Shown here one piece after another: positions 1-6,914 of a stretch of DNA of 64,000 nucleotides; within the stretch, counting starts at the first letter, position 1; every line of letters starts with the position of its first letter. The stretch spans positions 384,001 through 448,000 of the forward strand of contig CAXXQS010000001.1 of the NCBI GenBank assembly GCA_963674735.2, read 5' to 3'. The notes below the pieces were generated by a model. The model saw nothing but the letters and a program-made list of their open reading frames with translations, made no database searches and was not told where the DNA came from. This DNA comes from Myxococcota bacterium (lineage in GTDB: Bacteria; Myxococcota_A; SURF-8). The translations under genes and the position numbers were made by a program.

Positions 1-1
1 G

Positions 2-493
2 CGACACGAGATCGCGCGTCTATGGCAGGAAAAGCAGCCTCCCGACGCCCTGATCGCCACCGCCATTCGGCGCTTCAAACCGGATGTTCTGTTCACCTTC
101 GATCCCCATCACGGCTTCACCGGACACCCGGAACATCAGCTCACCTCGCGTTTCAGCACGGCGGGCGTGCGGCTCGCCGCCGATGCGTCCCTCGACCTGG
201 ACGGCTTGCCCGCGCATCGGGTGTCGCATGTGTATTTCGGATTGAATAAATATTGGATCTTCAAGCTGGCGCTGGCGGGCGACCCCGGACCGGTGACGGA
301 AGTCTGGCCCGCCGATCAGCATTGCATCAACGGCTGGGAATGCCGCCGAATCATGGCGCGTTTTTCCAAGGCGCACCGCTCCCAAGACCGGGACATGGGC
401 AACGTGCGCCGGTTTATCTGGCTGTTCGATTCGGTTTATCTACGTCGCACAAACCCCTTCACCGAGATCCTCGATCCCTTCGAAGAAGTATAA
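2..493 (+). CDS. PIG-L/LmbE family deacetylase, 5'-truncated by the window edge
   Basis: Frame 2 is open from the window start and reads ...IRRFKPDVLFTFDPHHGFTGHPEH..., matching the PIG-L PDxxxT...HPDH region. It continues into ORF 167..493. Confidence 0.8.
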   Translation, partial: RHEIARLWQEKQPPDALIATAIRRFKPDVLFTFDPHHGFTGHPEHQLTSRFSTAGVRLAADASLDLDGLPAHRVSHVYFGLNKYWIFKLALAGDPGPVTEVWPADQHCINGWECRRIMARFSKAHRSQDRDMGNVRRFIWLFDSVYLRRTNPFTEILDPFEEV

Positions 494-505
494 AAAAGAG
501 CCACG

Positions 506-521
506 ATCCGCCTTTCGGCGG
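506..521. terminator. Hairpin between convergent genes, possible terminator
   Basis: TCCGCC-TTTC-GGCGGA inverted repeat, with an A-tract at about 493-497, between convergent stops at 493 and 528. Confidence 0.45.
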
Positions 522-527
522 AGGCGC

Positions 528-875
528 TCAGCAGCCCGAACAGCCACCCGACGAACAGTCGGCCGCCTGCGCGAGCGTCAGTTTGAAACCGGCGCCGCCC
601 CAGGGATCCTGAACGAAATCGACGTTCAAGCCGCCTGCCGCGATAATCTGTTCTTGTAAGGGGGAATCGGCCAGAAGCGTGACCACACCATCCTGGAAAA
701 CGATCTCATCTTCTTTCGGCTCATCCAGAGCCAGCCCCAAACGGGGCCCGCCTCAACCGGCGCCTGCGAAGACAATGCGGATCGCTTTGCCTTGGTGTTC
801 TTCGTTCTCCAAAAAGCCTTTGAATTCGGCCAAGGAGCCCGGCGTGACGTTAATTTTACAGAGGGTGTCGACCAT
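528..875 (-). CDS. HesB/IscA-like selenoprotein (Sec at codon 41)
   Basis: ATG at 875 preceded by GAGG. It reads MVDTLCKINVTPGSLAEFKGFLENEEHQGKAIRIVFAGAG-TGA(755..753)-GGPRLGLALDE...CSSGGCSGC. The TGA aligns with the Cys of the paralog at 4507 (GNGCSGP). Confidence 0.9.
718..732 (-). promoter_or_regulatory. Putative bacterial SECIS element
   Basis: GGCTC-TGGAT-GAGCC stem-loop 21-35 nt downstream of the in-frame UGA, with G as the second loop base, which fits the bacterial SECIS pattern. Confidence 0.7.
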
Positions 876-1014
876 GTTGTTTCCTCGACTTTCGATGGAT
901 GACCTGACACAACGTTCTGATTGTGATAATCGGCAAATCGGCTAATTAGTCAAGGACAAATCGCGTTTTTGTTAGCTTTTCATATCCGTATTCGTGCTTT
1001 TGATGGGATTGCGG

Positions 1015-1483
1015 CTAAGGCTGATCCCCATCTTCTTCCGTAATTCCGGCAATATGCGTGTTTTCTTGTGTGGGGTGATAGCAGCCGCAGGGATTGACCA
1101 AGTCCGTATCGTCGCAGCCCTGCGCCTCGAAGCGACTCCCGAAATGATCGCGACAAAGGGCGCGACAATCCAAGGTTTCGAAACGCCGATTGCTCTCCGA
1201 ACAGAGCGCAATGTTTTCCAGATCGAGGCAGCGAAAAAACGATCGGACAGGCGTGAGGCTGACAAATTCCCTCAATGATTTCGCAGCGTTCGTTCATGGC
1301 GCAATCGCGGTCTCGCTCGCAGAATGTCACCGGCGCGGCGTCCGGATTTTCACCGACTTTCGCGGCTTGGAGATTCACCCAGTCTTTCAAGCGACTTTCC
1401 GCTGTATCGCGCGTCGATCCACTTGAACAACCCGCCGCGGCCAATACAATGAAACTCAATACGGCCCAAAACCCCATTCGCAT
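1015..1483 (-). pseudogene. Cys-rich lipoprotein frameshifted at a T6 tract (or a sequencing indel)
   Basis: ATG 1483 with GGAGG and lipobox AAAGC. Removing one T from the tract at 1234-1239 joins ...CPIVF to RCLDLENIALC...CRALC...NPCGC (ORF 1015..1275), which resembles the neighbouring lipoproteins. Confidence 0.7.
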
Positions 1484-1735
1484 GACGACCTCCCCGGTTT
1501 GAGTCGGTCCGCTCCTGCCCTGCGAACAATCAAAAATCCCCATTTTCCCCGTTCGGCCCATGCCGCATGAGGCGATTATCATTGCAATTTCCAGACCACC
1601 GGGAAAAACCCAGTCATAATGCGAGTCCGTTGCCGCTGGCTCCGTCAACCACAGGAGCGACCACGACACAGATGTCCGACTTGCGGCGGCAGAGGCGGGT
1701 TTGCCCTTTTCTTTGGGAGCGGGCACGCGTCAGCG

Positions 1736-1857
1736 GATGGGTGAGGTCATATCCTGACCCCCCCCAGGTTAGAGCAGATCTCAGACCTGCTCTGTAGAGG
1801 GAAAGGAGCCCGTCACAGACGCGCTCCAACTTGAAGATGGGTGAGGTCATATCCTGA
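1736..1857. repeat. REP-like cluster: 22-bp direct repeat x2 enclosing two hairpins
   Basis: GATGGGTGAGGTCATATCCTGA at 1736-1757 and 1836-1857. AGAGCAG...CTGCTCT hairpin at 1771-1793 and GGAGCCCGTC-N6-GCGCTCCAAC at 1805-1830. Confidence 0.7.
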
Positions 1858-1878
1858 ACCCAATAAAGCACCTTCACC

Positions 1879-2694
1879 TCATAGTTCCAGGCAGCCGCCG
1901 AAAATGGTAATGCCGTCGTCCATCGGGATACACAGGGTATCCTCATTGCAGGTGTTGGGAATAGGTTCGCAGATTTTCATGCAGATCTGATCGCCGTTTT
2001 GGAAAGCCATGCAGATGTGGTTTTCATCGCCGCCGCAAAAATCATCAGGCGTATCGCAATCCGGGCCTTCGGGATCGAAGCAGACGCCGAAGGGCTGGCT
2101 CGGCGTTCCGTAATCGATGCAGGGGATGCTGTCGGTACCCGGATCGCACATGGCGAGGTCGCAGGGTTCAATCCCCCAATTCTCGGTAAAACCTATACAA
2201 GCGCATCGGTCATAGCCCGTACATTCCTCGAACATACAATAGCCGTTGGTGTTGTATTGCCGCTGACAAGAAACGTTGCATTCGATCTTTTTGTAAGCGC
2301 CGGTTTGGCCGCACCAGCACAGCTCGGTTTCGGACAAGCAATCCGGGAGATCCTCGCCGAACACGCAGCTTCTCGCGCAGGTGGGAATCTCCTCTTCCGC
2401 CTCATTTTCCGCTTCCAAGTCCATTTCGCCGGGACTATCCAAATCGCCATCGCTGGGTAGGTCCGCGTCGCCTGACACGTCGCCGTCGGGCGTATCTCCG
2501 TCTGAGGCATCGCCGTCGGAAGCGTCGCCGTCGGAGGTATCTCCGTCGGAGGTGTCACCATCAGACGCATCGCCATTGTTTTGATCTCCCCCGGAAAAAG
2601 TTGGATTACTCGTAGAAGAACAGGCGATGAAACTTGCGAAGAGAGTCAGCAGCAGCACGACATAAAACCCTTGCAGAGTACGGTTCAATTTCAT
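1879..2694 (-). CDS. Cys-rich lipoprotein with (SDGD)n linker, paralog 2
   Basis: Likely start MKLNRT at 2694 with GGAGG. Lipobox FIAC, DGD repeats, Cys-rich C-terminal half. Confidence 0.85.
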   Translation of the reverse strand: MKLNRTLQGFYVVLLLTLFASFIACSSTSNPTFSGGDQNNGDASDGDTSDGDTSDGDASDGDASDGDTPDGDVSGDADLPSDGDLDSPGEMDLEAENEAEEEIPTCARSCVFGEDLPDCLSETELCWCGQTGAYKKIECNVSCQRQYNTNGYCMFEECTGYDRCACIGFTENWGIEPCDLAMCDPGTDSIPCIDYGTPSQPFGVCFDPEGPDCDTPDDFCGGDENHICMAFQNGDQICMKICEPIPNTCNEDTLCIPMDDGITIFGGCLEL

Positions 2695-2991
2695 CGTGAC
2701 CTCCTCATAGCTCCAGGCAGCCGCCGAAAATGGTGATGCCGTCTTCCATCGGGATACACAGGGTATCCTCATTGCAGGTGTTGGGAATAGGTTCGCAGAT
2801 TTCCATGCAGATCTGATCGCCGTTTTGGAAAGCCATGCAGATGTGGTTTTCATCGCCGCCGCAAAAATCATCAGGCGTATCGCAATCCGGGCCTTCGGGA
2901 TCGAAGCAGACGCCGAAGGGCTGGCTCGGCGTTCCGTAATCGATGCAGGGGATGCTGTCGGTACCCGGATCGCACATGGCGAGGTCGCAGG
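1879..2991. repeat. 287-bp near-identical duplication (1879-2165 vs 2705-2991)
   Basis: Manual alignment shows 4 mismatches; it encodes the shared C-terminal domain of both lipoproteins. Confidence 0.9.
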
Positions 2992-3562
2992 CATCCATGC
3001 AGATCCAATTCTGAATGCCTTCACTATCAATATCTCCAACGCAATAATCCGAACCGCGTTTTTGGCAATCTGCATTCGAACAACAATAATCTTCACAGTG
3101 ACCACATAGACAACGCTCATGGTTAACTGCATCATCAAACCCACAAATGCCACCTCCATCATAAAAATTCGTTTCACATATTGCATGGCAATCGATAATA
3201 CTAAAGGTATGTAAGTCTTCATCGCACCAGCACAACTCGGTTTCAGACAAGCAATCCGGGAGATCCTCGCCGTACACGCAGCTTCCCGCGCAGACGGGGA
3301 GTTCCTCTTCTGCGTCGTCCTCCGCTTCCACGTCCGTTTCACCGGCACGATCCAAGTCGCCATCGCTGGGCAGATCCGCGTCGCCCGGCACGTCGCCGTC
3401 GGTCAAATCTCCGTCAGATGTATCGCCGTCGGAGGCGTCGCCGTCGGACGTATCTCCGTCGGAGGCATCGGCTCGCGTGGCATCGTCGGAACTGCAGGCG
3501 ACAAAAGCGGCCAGTAGCAGCAAGACCAGGCAGACTCGCAAAGCGGACAAACGAACAGACAT
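2705..3562 (-). CDS. Cys-rich lipoprotein with (SDGD)n linker, paralog 1
   Basis: Signal peptide with lipobox FVAC, DGD repeats, Cys-rich domains; C-terminus nearly identical to paralog 2. Confidence 0.85.
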   Translation of the reverse strand: MSVRLSALRVCLVLLLLAAFVACSSDDATRADASDGDTSDGDASDGDTSDGDLTDGDVPGDADLPSDGDLDRAGETDVEAEDDAEEELPVCAGSCVYGEDLPDCLSETELCWCDEDLHTFSIIDCHAICETNFYDGGGICGFDDAVNHERCLCGHCEDYCCSNADCQKRGSDYCVGDIDSEGIQNWICMDACDLAMCDPGTDSIPCIDYGTPSQPFGVCFDPEGPDCDTPDDFCGGDENHICMAFQNGDQICMEICEPIPNTCNEDTLCIPMEDGITIFGGCLEL

Positions 3563-3618
3563 GATATTTTCCTTGGGTTCTATTCGGTCTTTCGTGGCGG
3601 GAAAGAATATTATCGATA

Positions 3619-3647
3619 AGCTTAACGGGCGGCCTGTGCAATGTCAA
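3619..3647 (-). promoter_or_regulatory. Putative sigma70 promoter for the lipoprotein cluster
   Basis: TTGACA-17 nt-TAAGCT on the minus strand, upstream of ATG 3562. Confidence 0.5.
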
Positions 3648-3983
3648 GTTGAATATGATCAGTATGAGCGGAAATAAATCTAATAGAGCGAGGCCACGGG
3701 CCCGTTCGAGCTGAACGTGTCGAACCGATTACCCTGAGTGATTTCGGGAAGCGAAATTGGTTCGAAGGGTGTTTTCTCGTTCTTCAGGATGAAAATCCTC
3801 CGATATTCTCCTCAGAAGCGGGGAAGACATGCGCCTGAAAACACCGAGAATGGGTCCGGTTTGGAAAAGGGGTTTCACGAAATTGGCTGGACATTTTTAC
3901 CTTATCCGCTCATAATACTTTCAAGCTGATTGCATACAGAATGCCCGATAACGGGCCGACCAGCCGCAGACAGGGGGCTTTGC

Positions 3984-4355
3984 ATGGCGCAGGTGTTAGT
4001 CATTGACGACGAACGGGGGATTCGCCTGACCTTCCAGGCCTTTCTGGAGGAGAGCGGCCACCAGGTGGACACGGCGGAAGATGCCGGAGCGGCCATGCGC
4101 CTGCTCACCGAAAACAACTATGACGTGGTGCTTACCGACATCGTCATGCCGCGTCTGGACGGCATCGAGCTGCTGAAAATCATCCGCATTCGCAGTCCCG
4201 AAACCCAAGTGGTGATCGTCACCGGGCAGCCCGAAGTCGAGTCGGCGGCCGCTTCGGTGCGTGCGGGAGCCTTCGATTACCTCTGTAAACCGGTTACCAA
4301 GGAAATGGTTCAGGACATCGTCCACAAAGCCACCCGTCTCAAACAACGCGATTGA
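3984..4355 (+). CDS. Single-domain response regulator (receiver)
   Basis: VLVIDDE, LTDIVMP, IVTG and YLCKP receiver motifs; no output domain. Confidence 0.9.
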   Translation: MAQVLVIDDERGIRLTFQAFLEESGHQVDTAEDAGAAMRLLTENNYDVVLTDIVMPRLDGIELLKIIRIRSPETQVVIVTGQPEVESAAASVRAGAFDYLCKPVTKEMVQDIVHKATRLKQRD

Positions 4356-4506
4356 AACAGATCTCCGTTTAATGGACGACGTGGGGAGACGGCTGCAAAC
4401 AAACGGCCGGGAAGGCGTGAAACGATTATTTCGGGAATTTCTTTGAACCGGGGCATCTCATGATTAAAGTAGTGACCTGTTTATCGAACCTTTGGAGGAG
4501 AATTCC

Positions 4507-4869
4507 ATGAGTGAAAACATCGCAACCAACAGCGAGCATGTCAGCATGACCGAACGGGCGCTGGATGAGTTTGAAACATTTATGAAGCAAGACGAGAACC
4601 AGGGAAAAGCGATTCGCTTGGTGGTGGCTGGAAATGGATGCAGCGGGCCGATGATCGGCTTGGCGATCGACGATCCCAGCGAAGAAGAATCGATTTTCAG
4701 CGATCGCGGCGTTACGTTGATTGCCGAAGCGCCTTTGCTCGAACATTTGAGCTCGCGCGGCGGTGTCACCATCGAATACGTCGATGATCCCACCTACGGC
4801 AGCGGCTTCCGCCTGCAGATGAACGTCCCCGAAACCTCCTGCGGCTCCTGCGGTGGTGGTTGCGGCTGA
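4507..4869 (+). CDS. HesB/IscA-like protein (Cys form)
   Basis: GGAGG RBS; AIRLVVAGNGCSGPMIGLAIDD and C-terminal SCGSCGGGCG. Confidence 0.85.
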   Translation: MSENIATNSEHVSMTERALDEFETFMKQDENQGKAIRLVVAGNGCSGPMIGLAIDDPSEEESIFSDRGVTLIAEAPLLEHLSSRGGVTIEYVDDPTYGSGFRLQMNVPETSCGSCGGGCG

Positions 4870-4892
4870 AAAGCCAGTAAAATCAATCATAT

Positions 4893-4919
4893 AAAAGACG
4901 GCTGCGGCCGTCTTTTTTT
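4893..4919. terminator. Rho-independent terminator, probably bidirectional
   Basis: AAAAGACGGC-TGCG-GCCGTCTTTTTTT between convergent genes. Confidence 0.8.
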
Positions 4920-4954
4920 CGTTCACAAGCCCGAAAAAGCTCCCTTCGCCGGCG

Positions 4955-5197
4955 TCACGGCGCGCCCGGCAGAGTCGACCAGGAATGCTGCCGAGTCAAG
5001 GTGAGAGTCAGTTCCACTTGTGTGGGTTCGAGTTGCGAAACCCAAGCGGCTCCATGACGACAGCCGACCCAGAGCAAGGTGCTTAGTAGTAAAATCGTAA
5101 GTAATAACAACAGCCTGCGCGTGCGTCCGATTTCGCGGCGGGCTCGCTCGTGGTGCTCCAGCAAGGCGGCGCGTTCTTCCAATTCTTTGATGGTCAT
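4955..5197 (-). CDS. Small single-pass membrane protein
   Basis: GAGG RBS; charged helical N-terminus followed by the hydrophobic segment LLLLLTILLLSTLLWVG. Confidence 0.55.
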   Translation of the reverse strand: MTIKELEERAALLEHHERARREIGRTRRLLLLLTILLLSTLLWVGCRHGAAWVSQLEPTQVELTLTLTRQHSWSTLPGAP

Positions 5198-5397
5198 GGC
5201 ACACCTCTTTCGAAAACGATTCGAAGAACTTAAAAATCCTTGCAAAAACGGCCAGTTTCAACGAAATCGTCTTCCTCCATGTGTCCTTCTCTTTGATAGA
5301 TATGGTGGCTGACGGCTTTATTTCCCGTGAAAATTCGGGGGTGGGAGGATGAAAAAAAGTGATGGGAATTCCTGGGGGTCGTCTTGGATCTTACATT

Positions 5398-5445
5398 GAA
5401 GTAGAATGGATGACGTCGATTCAAGTAAAATGGGTAACACCGATT
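5398..5445. repeat. Imperfect 24-bp tandem repeat x2 upstream of the ferritin-like gene
   Basis: GAAGTAGAATGGATGACGTCGATT / CAAGTAAAATGGGTAACACCGATT, 18/24 identical. Confidence 0.65.
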
Positions 5446-5470
5446 GTTGAGTGAAATCAGGGAGATGGAT

Positions 5471-5926
5471 ATGACGATCCTGAAGTTGGAGCAGGCCTTG
5501 CTGATGGCCATCGACACCGAACTCGCAGCCGCGCGGCGCTACGAATCCATGGCGATGCGCGCCGCCGCGCCCGATACTGAGCGCTTTCTACGTCATATGG
5601 CTGAGCAAGAAAAACGGCATGCGGGACTCATTCAGGAGGCCGCCAAGGAGTGGAGCAGCCAGGCTGAGCGCATGATCGGTCGCACGGTGGATGACGAGGC
5701 GGGGCCGCCGGCTTGGGAGTTTCCGGAAGATTTGGAGTTGCTGGAGGCGGTAGATCTGGCGCTGACCGCCGAGGAACAGGCCGCCGGGTATTACCGCTCG
5801 CTCAGCCGCTCGCCGAATTCGGAAGTAGCTGAATTCTTTCAGGATATGGAGAAACGCGAGCGGGCCCACGTGGACGAGTTGCAGCGCTTCAAGGCCAAGC
5901 TCCAGCAGGGCGCGCGCCTGAAATAA
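5471..5926 (+). CDS. Ferritin-like / rubrerythrin-family di-iron protein
   Basis: Two E...Y...ExxH halves (TELAAARRY...QEKRH; AEEQAAGYY...RERAH). Confidence 0.85.
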   Translation: MTILKLEQALLMAIDTELAAARRYESMAMRAAAPDTERFLRHMAEQEKRHAGLIQEAAKEWSSQAERMIGRTVDDEAGPPAWEFPEDLELLEAVDLALTAEEQAAGYYRSLSRSPNSEVAEFFQDMEKRERAHVDELQRFKAKLQQGARLK

Positions 5927-6709
5927 CGGATAAAACGTGACGGAAGAGGGGCGTGCAAAGGCGTCCGCTGCGCCGTTTCGTCTCGTTGCCGTGACCGACG
6001 CAAACTGTCGAAACGTCCGTTTTCGACGCGCAGTCATTCAGTCTCCAGGTTAGGCAAGCCTTCGATCGGCTCGTGAGCGCTGAGAGGTGGAGCCCGTCGG
6101 AAATGCGCTCCAACCCGGAACCGCCGCTGGCTGTTTTGCAAGCTCGATGCGCTCGATGCGCCATTTGCGCTGTTTGGGTACTGTTGAAATCACTCGCTAT
6201 TTAGGCCCGCACGTTTTCCGGCAGGACGTAATCCCACTAGAATACTATGATTGCCGTAATACGTCACACCTGCGCGCGCACTTTTTGAGGGCCGCGCAAA
6301 CGGAGAGCCGGACGCAGGCGCGAAAAAATCCACTCGCCAGCGAAAAAAACATAGTAATAACAAGGGGAAACACGTATCCGAGAACGGGGCTTGATTTTTC
6401 TTGCAGCGACAAAAAGAAAGGCAAGCGCCACATAAATAGCGCAAGCACAAGTATAGTGAGTATATACTATTAATAAGATAAGATAGGCATGCCAAAATAG
6501 AGGCTCTATGTGCCTGTAAATACAGGGTAATCCCCAAAACGCGCGAGACGGCCCCGAGTCGAGCCCGCCGCTGCGGCCAAAATGGTGGGAAAGGGAAGTG
6601 ATATTGGGTGCTTGCAAAGGTGCTAGGCGCGTTTGCAGGCTACAGGAACGATCCGTGTAGATCCTGATTGGAGTGCAAGTAACGGAAGTTGGATAATTGA
6701 AATAATAAT

Positions 6710-6738
6710 TTGACATGTGAATTGGATGGAAGTAAATA
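6710..6738 (+). promoter_or_regulatory. Putative sigma70 promoter of the island operon
   Basis: TTGACA-17 nt-TAAATA in AT-rich DNA upstream of 6915. Confidence 0.4.
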
Positions 6739-6914
6739 TACCTATCCTTGTAAGAAAGAAATATCTCAAAATTGAGAAGTAGACCTATTTAGTTTGTGGG
6801 GTTTTGCGCCTGAATTTGTATGTAAGCGAAATAGTGGTGTTGCGTGCACAAGCGAATTCGAGGCCGGTTTAGAAAACAAAAAGCCGGAAAATAGTGAAAG
6901 AAGGATTGAGGATC

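Noticed and set aside
980-1726. 248-aa ORF as a single real protein
   Set aside because: The start at 1483 has the RBS and signal peptide, and the sequence after the T6 tract looks off-frame.
1736-1857. Possible mini-CRISPR array
   Set aside because: Only two 22-bp repeats with a 78-bp self-structured spacer, and no cas genes.
1879-2991. DGR template/variable repeat pair
   Set aside because: Both copies are coding, the 4 mismatches are not confined to adenines of one copy, and there is no reverse transcriptase in the window.
2695-3363. N-terminal extension of the 494-aa ORF 1879..3363
   Set aside because: It is an off-frame reading of the upstream paralog; the real start is at 2694, with an RBS and signal peptide.
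6452-6461. TATAGTGAGT resembling the reverse T7 promoter
   Set aside because: Only 10 bases match and the rest diverges; expected by chance in AT-rich DNA.
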